NCBI GenBank assembly: GCA_963701025.1
Contig: OY969557.1
Location: 801,953-865,952, forward strand
Origin: an uncultured bacterium
GTDB taxonomy: Bacteria > Patescibacteriota > Minisyncoccia > Phycocordibacterales > PALSA-1337
Length of the DNA: 64,000 bases
Direction: 5' to 3'
Notes under the pieces: generated by a model
Databases searched by the model: none
What the model was told of the DNA's origin: nothing
Seen by the model: the letters and a program-made list of their open reading frames with translations, nothing else
Program-made: the position numbers and the translations under genes
In this document: one piece after another, positions 19,144 through 28,997 of the stretch
Layout: each line of letters opens with the position of its first letter
Numbering within the stretch: the stretch's first letter is position 1

Positions 19144-19506
19144 TCATTTCTCTCCTGTTTTTGCGGGAGAGTTTTGCTTTGTAAGCTGCCCGCTCCAGCC
19201 GCCGAGATTGGTGCCGATCTCCTCGAGCTTCACCGATAATGCGATATATTTCTTGTCGTCGAGTGACTTGGATTCCCAAAGTATCATAAGTAACACTTTA
19301 AGTGTGTCGAGCTTTCGTATGGCTAGGCGGACATAGGGCGATTTCTCTTCTCTGGAGAGGAATGTGGCCGCGGCGATAGCTTCTATGATTTCCACGAATA
19401 GGCAATCTATCCGCAGTCCTATAGAATATCTGTGTTCCTTCGGCAATTCCATATAATACCCATGCCACATCAGATACGCATCTTTGATCTTGCGCATGAC
19501 CGGCAA
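19144..19506 (-). CDS. avd: DGR accessory protein Avd (four-helix bundle), antisense to TR/RT
   Basis: LPKEHRYSIGLRI, LDTLKVLL, LEEIGTNLGGW; located between TR and RT. Confidence 0.85.
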   Translation of the reverse strand: MPVMRKIKDAYLMWHGYYMELPKEHRYSIGLRIDCLFVEIIEAIAAATFLSREEKSPYVRLAIRKLDTLKVLLMILWESKSLDDKKYIALSVKLEEIGTNLGGWSGQLTKQNSPAKTGEK

Positions 19507-19535
19507 AATTCCGTGGGGGGGGGGGCTTTCATAGC

Positions 19536-20530
19536 TTGCGACGGATCCGGTTTGCTCATATGTACGATGATATCATCTCCCTTGAAAATCTGCTCGAAGC
19601 ATGGAGAGAATTCGTAAGAGGGAAACGAAAAAGAAAAGACGTCCAAAATTTCGAGCGGGATCTGATGGCGAATATCATTTCGCTCCATCGAGACTTGGCA
19701 GCAATGACTTATGAGCATTTGGAATATGAATTCTTCAGGATTTATGATCCGAAGCTGCGAGACATCCATAAAGCCAGCGTCAGAGATCGTGTGCTTCACC
19801 GGGCCTTGCATAGAAAATTGTATCCATTCTTTGAGCGCACATTCATAGCAGATTCTTTTTCATGCCGGCTCGATAAAGGGACTCACAAAGCCTTAGATCA
19901 ATTCCGATCGTTCTCGTATAAAACGTCTTGCAACCGCACCAAGACGGCATGGATTTTGAAATGCGACATTAGGAAATTCTTTGCTTCAATAGATCAGACC
20001 GTTCTCATGGAGATCTTATCGATCTATATCCAAGACGAGAATGTCCTGGCTCTGGTGTCGAAGGTCGTCTCGAGCTTTTCTTCGACAGCAAAAGGGATTG
20101 GCTTGCCATTGGGCAATCTCACCTCTCAACTTCTCGTGAATATATATATGAATGAGTTCGATCAGTTCATGAAGCATAAGCTTAGGCGAAATATTATATC
20201 CGCTATGCCGATGATTTTGTCATCCTTTCAATAGATAGAGATTGGCTCTGCAACCTTATTCCAAAGATCAGCGATTTTCTCGAGACCAGGCTTAAGCTCA
20301 AGCTTCATCCGAACAAAATCAGCATTGAAACGTTCGCTTCAGGCGTTGATTTCCTCGGCTGGGTGCATTTTCCCGATCACAGGGTGCTCCGGACCAAGAC
20401 TAAACAGAGGATGTTCAGGAATATAAAAATAAAACAGGCCAAGTCTGAAACAATCCAGTCCTATCTCGGCCTACTGAGTCACGGAAACACCAAAAAGCTG
20501 CAGAATATCATAACCACTTCAATCTCCTGA
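19536..20530 (+). CDS. DGR reverse transcriptase (1-nt frameshift near 20186)
   Basis: RDRVLHRA, KGTHKA, LKCDIRKFFASI, GLPLGNLTSQ; YIRYADDF (YADD 20204-20215) and VDFLGW continue in the shifted frame to TGA 20530. Confidence 0.93.
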
Positions 20531-21284
20531 TTTCCGTTTTTGAATTTTGAGCCCGTGCAAAAATCCTATTATCAGCAGAAATCTTTCCATTTTCATTCCA
20601 CATTTGATCCAGAAGGCCGCCATTCGGCTTGACGACCTCGATCACCCCTTGCTTCACTCCGGTGCCGTATACGCCGTCTTCGGGATAGGCCATGACGTGG
20701 GAATAGTGGATCTTGATCGGGACGAAATTCTGATATTCGACTTGGTGGATAACGAGAATATGGTCCCGATCGTCGCTGTCTGGGCCGCCGATCATGATGA
20801 TCATGTCTCCCGGCGCCGTATCTTTGAGCGCCACGAGGACACTATTTTTTTCATGAGCCAAGGTAGCCACGTCGCAATTCTCTATCGGCCGCAGGGAACA
20901 GCGGATCTTGCCGACGATACCATGACAATTGACGAACGAGATGTGCCTGTCGAGAGGCCCCTTCTTTCTCTCCTCGCTTTCCGCGTTCAATGTGTAATAG
21001 GCAAAAGCGGAGCAATCGATGCCGATATCATCGTCCACGAGGAGCTTCTTCAGGGATTCGTTTGCCAGGGAATCCACGGCGATGTGTTTCTTTGCCGTTA
21101 TAGTTCGGACTTCTTCAAAAATGTCCGCCGGACTACCCTTACCGATGTCGGCTCGCAAGGCGGCACGGGCTTTGACCTTCTTGTTATTGAAATACGGGAT
21201 CGAACAAACCGCCCCACCCACCTTGAAATGGAAGTATTGGTCGATGACCGACAGGGCACGAGGTGTTATGGTTTTAGTGTTCAT
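20508..21284 (-). CDS. NlpC/P60-like (papain-fold) putative amidase
   Basis: GIDCSAF, PGDMI, DHILVI. Confidence 0.65.
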   Translation of the reverse strand: MNTKTITPRALSVIDQYFHFKVGGAVCSIPYFNNKKVKARAALRADIGKGSPADIFEEVRTITAKKHIAVDSLANESLKKLLVDDDIGIDCSAFAYYTLNAESEERKKGPLDRHISFVNCHGIVGKIRCSLRPIENCDVATLAHEKNSVLVALKDTAPGDMIIMIGGPDSDDRDHILVIHQVEYQNFVPIKIHYSHVMAYPEDGVYGTGVKQGVIEVVKPNGGLLDQMWNENGKISADNRIFARAQNSKTEIRRLKWL

Positions 21285-21290
21285 TAGAAA

Positions 21291-22586
21291 TTAGTCCGCC
21301 AGCTGGCGGAAATTAGAAATTATCTTTAGTATCTCCTTGCCTCTCGCATTGAACCTGCCATGCGTCTCCATGATGCCGCGCATGCTCTGGATGCGCAAGA
21401 GATCGGCGCCGAGTTCGGTGTTCGGATAAGGGATCGCCGTATATCCGGCGAGCTCGAAAGAACCCACGGCATCATCGGGCAGGCTTCGAATCTTCTCCGT
21501 CACGCGCTGAACGATCTGGGCTCCGTCGTTGATGGGAATGAGGGGGAGGCTGTCGTTTGATGCTGTTGCGTCGCGCGCCGAGGCACCCGTGGCGGCTTCG
21601 CCGAGCAGGGCAACGATATGCGCCTCAAAGACGATCGATCCGATGGCTCCCTGCCGGCGATTCTCTTCCTGGAGGAACGATTCAAATGAGGCGGAAGCGG
21701 GCTGACGGGCGTTTATCTCGATCAGGAATATCGCGTCACGGTCGTCGTCCCGCATGACGTCTATTCCGAAGAGCCCGCGCCAGCCGTCGGCGCGCATCTT
21801 CTCCCCGATGGCGCGCGCCATGTCCTCGATCCGGATGATCTCCGTTTCGCTCAAGAGGGAATGAGTCATGCTCCAGTCATTGCCGACCGTGGCGAACGGT
21901 TGGTCGGTGAAAGGCGGCAGGCCAGTCAACTGATAGCTCGGATTGCCGATGAGGATGTTGCCGGTCCCGATCCCGTCGGGCGCCACGACGATGTTGACGG
22001 TGAATGACGGTCCTCGGACGAAAGAGCTCGCTCTCGCCGGGCGGTCGGGGAATTTTCTTTGCAATGCGCGCAGCTCATTGGCCGAATTGACCAGGATGGT
22101 GCCGTCGCCGGTGTGGCCATGCGCCCATTGGACGACGAGAGGCTCCTTGTTCCAGACAAGCTCCTTTGCGGGGGCGACAGTATGCGCCGGGAGATATTGT
22201 TCAGCCAGCGGGCCGAGCCACTCTACTTGAGTTATCTTATTCTCGACTTTTTCTGCGAGGGCGCTCGAAGGATTGAGCAATTTCCAGCCATTCTCCATGG
22301 TTATTGCTTCGATCAGCGGATTGTTCTTGAAGACGAGCAGGGCGGCGTCCGGGCCCGACATCAATTCCTTGACGACGGTGCTTTTGAGTAGTTGGAGCGT
22401 GTCGAGGGTGTTTCCTTCCGTGGCACCCTCTTCTTCAACGAGATGGACGAAGTCAGGATATCGCCCTTTTATGATTTCGGCATACGGCGTCCTGTTCGAC
22501 ACGATGACGTATTCGGCGCATGGCGCCATGCCGAGCGCGCGCTCGATATCGCGGACGACATAGACAATCTTTCTCTTTTGAGACAT
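21291..22586 (-). CDS. ATP-grasp domain protein
   Basis: ENKITQ, GHTGDGT, GLFGIDVM, LIEINARQ. Confidence 0.8.
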   Translation of the reverse strand: MSQKRKIVYVVRDIERALGMAPCAEYVIVSNRTPYAEIIKGRYPDFVHLVEEEGATEGNTLDTLQLLKSTVVKELMSGPDAALLVFKNNPLIEAITMENGWKLLNPSSALAEKVENKITQVEWLGPLAEQYLPAHTVAPAKELVWNKEPLVVQWAHGHTGDGTILVNSANELRALQRKFPDRPARASSFVRGPSFTVNIVVAPDGIGTGNILIGNPSYQLTGLPPFTDQPFATVGNDWSMTHSLLSETEIIRIEDMARAIGEKMRADGWRGLFGIDVMRDDDRDAIFLIEINARQPASASFESFLQEENRRQGAIGSIVFEAHIVALLGEAATGASARDATASNDSLPLIPINDGAQIVQRVTEKIRSLPDDAVGSFELAGYTAIPYPNTELGADLLRIQSMRGIMETHGRFNARGKEILKIISNFRQLAD

Positions 22587-22623
22587 GATGGAAGTCTAGT
22601 ATAATTTCCGCCGAATCACAATT

Positions 22624-23436
22624 ATGGCCACGCTCTATATCGTCGCTACGCCCATCGGAAATCTGGAGGACATCACCCTTCGGGCTCTTAAAGTTTTGGC
22701 CGCTGTCGATGTCATTCTCTGCGAAGATACGCGGATGACCGCCAAATTGTTGGCGAGGCACGGCATTTCAAAGAAGACCCTTTCATATCATATGCATAGC
22801 AAGCTGTCGCGGGTCGAAGAGATCATCGGGTTCTTGCGGGAAGGTAAAAATTTGGCCCTCGTCTCCGATGCTGGCACGCCTGGCATTTCAGATCCCGGCG
22901 CGGAATTGGTGGCGCGGATACGGGAAGCTTTTCATATGAATATTGGTGCCGCGTCGCATTCTCATTCACTCGGAGGACCCTCTCTTGGAGTGGTTGATGA
23001 AAGTGTCAAGAAAGTTGACGCTTTTGACTATACGGTAAAGGTAGAGTCTGTCCCCGGTCCATCCGCCATGACAGCGGCGCTCTCAATCGCCGGTGTCCCA
23101 TGTGCAGATTTCACATTCCTCGGATTTCTGCCGCACAAGAAGGGAAGGGAGACTTTATTCAAAGAAATAGTCGCTTCCGAACGCACCATGGTATTCTATG
23201 AATCGCCTCATCGGATCATGAAAACGCTCGAATCGCTCGTCGCGCACCTGCGGCCGTCTCTCTCGGAAAGTAATGCGCAAAGCAAAAACGCAACCCCAAA
23301 AAAAGTCACCGTGTGCCGCGAATTGACTAAGATATTCGAAGAAGTCGTCTCTGGGACGGCGGAGGAGGTGAGAAGCTATTTCAAATCCCATCCTGACAAA
23401 GTCAGAGGGGAGTTCGTGGTTATAGTGAGCGCATAA
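22624..23436 (+). CDS. rsmI: 16S rRNA (cytidine1402-2'-O)-methyltransferase
   Basis: LYIVATPIGNLEDIT, VSDAGTPGISDPG, FYESPHR, RELTKIFEE; contains an extra ~30-aa loop. Confidence 0.95.
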   Translation: MATLYIVATPIGNLEDITLRALKVLAAVDVILCEDTRMTAKLLARHGISKKTLSYHMHSKLSRVEEIIGFLREGKNLALVSDAGTPGISDPGAELVARIREAFHMNIGAASHSHSLGGPSLGVVDESVKKVDAFDYTVKVESVPGPSAMTAALSIAGVPCADFTFLGFLPHKKGRETLFKEIVASERTMVFYESPHRIMKTLESLVAHLRPSLSESNAQSKNATPKKVTVCRELTKIFEEVVSGTAEEVRSYFKSHPDKVRGEFVVIVSA

Positions 23437-23489
23437 TGCTTTTCGGGGGATAAGGTTGGTGTATAAAAATCCTCCGTTTCAGCCTGTGC

Positions 23490-23852
23490 CTAAACGGAGG
23501 GTCTTGTCTCTTGAAATGTGATCTCTTCGATGAGGGATTCGATTATCCCTTTGTCCACCTCGTCGGAAGAGAGGATTATCCTGTCTCCTAACCTCGACAG
23601 GAATTCCCTCTTATGCGGACTATGCTGTTTGACGACATTGCATCCATCGAATTCGAATGAACATCTCGGCTGTAAAGTCGTCGGATGCCATCCGCGGGCG
23701 CTTGGATCGTTTTCAACGCCGACGATAGGCGCAACACCGATCTTCAGCGTATTGCCCGTGAAGGTGCATTCGGCGACTCGGCCGACATACCTGTCGTTAT
23801 TGATCGTATGGAGCCAGCAACAGGCGTAAGACTCCGGTATTTCTTTTTTCAT
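23490..23852 (-). CDS. Hypothetical protein
   Basis: 120-aa ORF filling the intergenic gap. Confidence 0.5.
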   Translation of the reverse strand: MKKEIPESYACCWLHTINNDRYVGRVAECTFTGNTLKIGVAPIVGVENDPSARGWHPTTLQPRCSFEFDGCNVVKQHSPHKREFLSRLGDRIILSSDEVDKGIIESLIEEITFQETRPSV

Positions 23853-23929
23853 TGCAAATAGCCTCTTTTTAGCGGTTGGCCCTTGTTTCCTAGCATTATC
23901 CTAACACCTCGTTGTATAATGGCCAAGCT

Positions 23930-24181
23930 ATGTCAAAACGCCAAATAATCATGATACTCGCCGCACTGATCATCGTCATTGCTCTTTTTTCCGGTCTTCC
24001 GTCCTGGTGGGATACGGTGCTCTATGTCGTCATGGCATTATTCATCATAGTGGCCGCGTACCTCATGAAGCCGGCGTCCGCCCCTGTCAAGCCGGCTGCG
24101 CCGTACGTCGATCACACCCCAGTCGCTCAAGCTCCTGAAACATCGACATCCGCCACTGAAGATACGTCGCCACTGCCTTGA
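23930..24181 (+). CDS. Small two-TM membrane protein
   Basis: Two hydrophobic helices and a Pro/Thr tail; TATAAT just upstream. Confidence 0.65.
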   Translation: MSKRQIIMILAALIIVIALFSGLPSWWDTVLYVVMALFIIVAAYLMKPASAPVKPAAPYVDHTPVAQAPETSTSATEDTSPLP

Positions 24182-24182
24182 A

Positions 24183-25385
24183 ATGCGACCGCGAATATAC
24201 ATCTTCGGCGCTCTACTCATCGTCGTCTGCGCCGCTTTTATCCTGTGGGCCATGCCCGTCCGTCGCGTGGCTTATTCGAATGACATAGGTAATGCCATGG
24301 CGGCCACGAGCACGGCACCGGTTCCAGCTGTCCCTGCGACGACGACCCCCGTTTTTGTCGTCAAACATCTTCCGACGCCGGATTCGGTCAAGGCAGTATA
24401 TTTCACCAGCTGGGCGGCAGGCAGCCCTTTATTCCAGGATGAGCTCTGGAGCATGTTCGATGGCAGTACGGAGCTGAATTCTATCGTCATCGACGTCAAA
24501 GACTGGAGCGGTCGCATCGGATATGTCGTAGACGATCCGCGATACGCCGACCCTTCGATCACGGCCATGGGTTCGTATGAGAATCGCATCCCCAACATCG
24601 AGCAGTTCATCGGCAAGCTCCATGACAAGGGCGTTTACGTCATCGGTAGGATCCAGGTGTTCCAGGATCCATATGCTGTAACAATCCATCCGGAATGGGC
24701 CGTGCGGGATGACCGCACAGGCAAGCCATGGAAAGACGCAGGCGGGGCGTATTGGCTCGACCCTGATTCGCGCGACGCCTGGGCTTATATCGCCGCCATC
24801 GCTAAGCAAGCCTACGCCGTCGGTTTCGACGAGATCAATTTCGACTATGTCCGCTTCCCGTCGGACGGAGATATCGGCGACGCCGTCTTCGCCAAATACG
24901 CTTCGACGACCAGAGCGAGCGTCATCAAGGACTTTTTCTCATATCTCCACGACACTTTGTCGCCCATGGGCATACCTATCTCCGCCGATCTATTCGGCCA
25001 GACGACCTCCGAACTGACGGACATGGGCATCGGCCAGGTCATCGAGGATGCTTTTTCGTATTTCGATTTCGTAGATCCGATGGTCTATCCGTCCCATTTC
25101 GCTGACGGCTTTATCGGCTACGCCCATCCGGCTCTGCATCCATATGAAGTGGTCAAGTATTCCATGGACCAGGGCGTAGCCAGAGCCATAGCCGCGTCGT
25201 CCACACCGTCGAAGTTGCGCCCGTGGCTCCAGGCCTTCGATCTTGGCGCGACCTATACGCCGGCCATGGTAGAGGCGCAGAAGCAGGCGACATACGATGC
25301 CGGCCTGTACAGCTGGCTCCTGTGGAACGCCGGGGCGGTGTATAACAAGGAGGAGTTATGCACAGGCGCTTGTGATTTTCCATAA
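24183..25385 (+). CDS. Putative glycoside hydrolase (DUF4015-like), membrane-anchored
   Basis: NSIVIDVKD, GFDEINFDYVRFP, PMVYPSHF, LRPWLQAF. Confidence 0.82.
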   Translation: MRPRIYIFGALLIVVCAAFILWAMPVRRVAYSNDIGNAMAATSTAPVPAVPATTTPVFVVKHLPTPDSVKAVYFTSWAAGSPLFQDELWSMFDGSTELNSIVIDVKDWSGRIGYVVDDPRYADPSITAMGSYENRIPNIEQFIGKLHDKGVYVIGRIQVFQDPYAVTIHPEWAVRDDRTGKPWKDAGGAYWLDPDSRDAWAYIAAIAKQAYAVGFDEINFDYVRFPSDGDIGDAVFAKYASTTRASVIKDFFSYLHDTLSPMGIPISADLFGQTTSELTDMGIGQVIEDAFSYFDFVDPMVYPSHFADGFIGYAHPALHPYEVVKYSMDQGVARAIAASSTPSKLRPWLQAFDLGATYTPAMVEAQKQATYDAGLYSWLLWNAGAVYNKEELCTGACDFP

Positions 25386-25506
25386 AAGTGGTACTATTTA
25401 TCCTCGGAGGATCGTGTTTGGCATCGATACATCATTTTTTCAGGGCGGACGCCCTGGGTCATGCCGAACATGTTCTTTTTTTTGTTTCAAAACCACATAT
25501 AAAGTT

Positions 25507-25716
25507 ATGACAAGAAGATGCGGAATCACACTCGGAGATGGGCAAAGAGTTCCAGTGCCAGTAGAAAAAATCGGCACGGTTCAGAGCTTCCTTGCCCAAA
25601 CAGGCCGTCGTTTCCAGAACACGACTGAAGTTCACCAATTCCTCAACGGCGTCTTGCCGCCGGGGATCATCAAACAAGGATCGAACTTCGTCGCCCAGCA
25701 ACAAGCACCCGCTTGA
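25507..25716 (+). CDS. Small hypothetical protein
   Basis: 69-aa ORF with plausible codon usage. Confidence 0.4.
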   Translation: MTRRCGITLGDGQRVPVPVEKIGTVQSFLAQTGRRFQNTTEVHQFLNGVLPPGIIKQGSNFVAQQQAPA

Positions 25717-25909
25717 TTGCCTTGCATAACAAAGCGCCCTGAAAGGAGCGCAAAATATGTAAAACACCCGGCGTCTCATGTAGGCGTCGGTTGTTCTGTT
25801 TTTATGCTATATTCGCTTCGCTCATATATCGCCTGCGCTCGGACTTCATGTAAGCGAGCTTCCATAAGTCCTCACTTGGCGCTATAATTGACCTAAACTC
25901 TTTTATCCT

Positions 25910-27783
25910 ATGGACGACAATCGCGTCACATATTTCGCCGAGACCGATGCCCGCAACAAACGGGTCAAATTCGGCATCAAAGCCAAAGACCGCACCACGC
26001 ACGTCTACGTCATCGGCAAGACCGGCATGGGCAAGTCCACCATGCTCGAGAACATGGCCGTCCAGGACATCCAGAACGGCGAAGGCATGGCTTTCATCGA
26101 CCCGCACGGCAAGACCGCCGACCTCCTGCTCGAATACGTGCCCAAGGAGCGCATCCGCGATGTCATACACATCGCTCCTTTCGATACGGATTATCCCATC
26201 TCGTTCAACGTCCTCGAATCAGTCGATCCCGGCCAAGCGCCACCTGGTCGTCTCGGGCCTGATGAGCACCTTCAAGAAGATCTGGGAGGACGCATGGTCG
26301 GCCCGCATGGAATACATCCTGACCAATACCTTGCTGGCGCTTTTGGAAGCGCCTGGCTCCACTCTTGCTCGGCGTCAATCGCATGCTCTCCGACAAGGAC
26401 TACCGCAAGGAGATCGTCTCGCAGATCAAGGATCCGTCGGTCAAAGCTTTCTGGACGAAAGAATTCGCCAATTATAGCGAGCGCATGGCCGCACGAAGCC
26501 GTGCCTGCGATCCAGAACAAAGTCGGACAATTCACCGCCAATCCTCTTATCAGAAATATGATCGGCCAGCCGGTATCGTCGTTCGATTTCAGGAAGGCCA
26601 TGGACGAGCGCAAGATCATCATCATCAACCTGTCCAAAGGCCGCGTCGGCGACGAGAACATGAAGCTCCTCGGCGGCCTTCTGGTGACCAAGATATATCT
26701 CGCCGCCATGTCGCGCGCCGACATGCCCGACCGGGTGGTGCAAGACTCTGCCGAATTTCTATCTATTCGTGGACGAATTCCAGAACTTCGCCAATGCCTC
26801 GTTCGCGGACATCCTGTCCGAGGCCCGCAAATACAAGCTCAATCTGACCATTGCCCACCAATACGTAGAGCAGATGGACGAGAATGTCTCGGCCGCCGTC
26901 TTCGGCAACGTCGGCACCATGGTCGTCTTCCGGGTCGGCGCCACTGACGCCGAAGTCTTGGAAAAGGAGTTCGCCCCGCAATTCACCATCGAAGACCTCG
27001 TCAACCTCGGCTCAATATCAGATATACCTCAAGCTGATGATCGACGGATTGACTTCGGCGCCGTTCTCCGCCACCAATATGCCGCCGATCGCACAGCCGA
27101 CGGTCCATTACGTCGACGAAATCATCGCCGCATCGCGCGAGCAGTTCGCCCGGTCGCGCGCGGAGGTCGAAGAAGGCATCGTCAAGTTCCACGAGCCGAC
27201 GCCGAAAACGCCTGCTGCGGCGAAACCTGCCTCTGCGCCGAAGGCTCCGGTTGCCGCCGCGCCGAAAAAAGCCGAGATGCCGGTCGCACCGAAAGCGGTG
27301 GTAGTGCCGAAAGCGGTAACGGCACCGCCCGCTCCCGCCGCGAAGCCGCCGGTTCATCAGCCTTTTAAGGTCGCTTTTAAAGCGGTCCCGCAGGATGTCA
27401 CTCTAGCGTCACTAGGACAAAGTGACAAGAAAGTTGACACTTTTGCATATACGGCAAAACAATCACCCCCGCTCCCTCAAGCCGCGAAACCCGCTACTCC
27501 CGTGTCTGCGCTTTTGCCGCTTTCATCCCTGAATAAGACCAGACCCGCGCCGAAAGTCGACCCGAAAGTCCCGACCGCCGAGAATGTCAATCAATTGAAG
27601 AACGCGCTGGCGGCGGCATTAAACAAGCACAAAAATTCAGCAGCACCCGAGGCTCCCAAGGCAGCGCCGGCATCCGTTCCCCAAACTTTCCCTAAAGGAA
27701 CGTCCCACATTACGAAAGAAACCAGCTCCACGCCGAAAGAAGTACCGGAAGACGTCCTGAAGAAGATATTGAAAATCGACTGA
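25910..27783 (+). CDS. VirD4/TraD-HerA-like ATPase with Pro/Ala/Lys-rich tail (several apparent frameshifts)
   Basis: Walker A GKTGMGKS, FIDPHG, Walker B VDEFQNF, ILSEARKY spread over several overlapping frames. Confidence 0.85.
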
Positions 27784-27803
27784 AGGCGTGTCAGGATGAA
27801 GAC

Positions 27804-28985
27804 ATGAACACTTCCGCTCGCCCCGCCGGGCCTCGCAGCATCCTCATATTTTCCCTCGTCTATTACCCGCGTTTTGTCGGCGGGGCCGAAGTGGCCGTGA
27901 AAGAGATAACCAACCGCTTGGCCGCATATGACACGTTATCGTCTCAGGACGGATTTGAATTCGACATGGTCACATTGAACGGAGGAGGCGAGGCCGTATC
28001 GGAACGAGTCGGATCGGTCAACGTCCATCGCGTCTTTAACAAAGTCGGACCGCTTCAGAAATTGTTCTTTCCGTTCGCCGCTCTTTTCAAGGCGATCGCT
28101 CTTCATCGCCGACGGAAATATGACGCCACCTGGTCCATCATGGCCAATTATGCCGGTTTTGCCGCCCTCTTCTTCAAGATGAAAAACCCGAATATCCCTT
28201 TTATCCTGACTCTCCAGGAAGGGGATCCGTTCTCGCATATCCGAAAGCGCGTCGGCATATTCTATCCTTTGTTCAAAAAGATATTCCGGCGCGCCGACAA
28301 GATCCAAGCCATTTCCAATTATCTGGCCGATTGGGCCAAAGACATGGGCGCGACATGTCCGGTCACGGTCGTGCCGAATGCCGTCGATTACGGTCGCTTC
28401 TCCAAGGAAATGGATCCGGCGAAGAGGGATGCCTTGCGCGTGAAGCTCGGATTTTCCGACACGGACATCGTCTTGGTGACGGCCGGCCGGCTGGTGAAGA
28501 AAAACGGCGTCAAGGATATCGTTTCCTCATTGCAGTACCTTTCCCCGGCTTGCAAATTCCTTTCCATAGGCGACGGGGAAGACCTGGCCGCGCTCCAAGA
28601 GCAAGTCAAAGAGCTGAAGCTCGATGGCCGCGTCGTCTTCAACGGATTCATCGCGCATTCAGAACTGCCTGACTACCTGAAAGCGTCTGACATATTCGTC
28701 AGACCGTCGCTCTCTGAAGGCCTCGGCAACTCGTTCCTCGAGGCTATGGCCGCCGGTATTCCCGTCATCGCCACACCCGTCGGCGGTATCCCAGATTTTC
28801 TCGTAGACGGCGAGACCGGACTTCTCTGCGAAGTCGGTAATCCCAAGTCGATCGCCCAGAAAGCCGAGAAGTTGATCAAAGACGGAGAGTCGCGCGACTA
28901 CATAGTCGGCCGAGCGAAAGCCATGGTCAAAGAGAAGTATCAGTGGGACAAAGTCGCGGCGGAGATGAGGCGCTTATTCGTGTGA
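27804..28985 (+). CDS. Glycosyltransferase family 4
   Basis: GGAE, GRLVKKNG, EGLGNSFLEAMAAG. Confidence 0.93.
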   Translation: MNTSARPAGPRSILIFSLVYYPRFVGGAEVAVKEITNRLAAYDTLSSQDGFEFDMVTLNGGGEAVSERVGSVNVHRVFNKVGPLQKLFFPFAALFKAIALHRRRKYDATWSIMANYAGFAALFFKMKNPNIPFILTLQEGDPFSHIRKRVGIFYPLFKKIFRRADKIQAISNYLADWAKDMGATCPVTVVPNAVDYGRFSKEMDPAKRDALRVKLGFSDTDIVLVTAGRLVKKNGVKDIVSSLQYLSPACKFLSIGDGEDLAALQEQVKELKLDGRVVFNGFIAHSELPDYLKASDIFVRPSLSEGLGNSFLEAMAAGIPVIATPVGGIPDFLVDGETGLLCEVGNPKSIAQKAEKLIKDGESRDYIVGRAKAMVKEKYQWDKVAAEMRRLFV

Positions 28986-28997
28986 TAGACTAAAGAA

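Noticed and set aside
18924-19184. 86-aa ORF spanning the TR
   Set aside because: The open frame is expected from the AAC-rich TR mirroring the VR frame; there is no independent evidence of translation.
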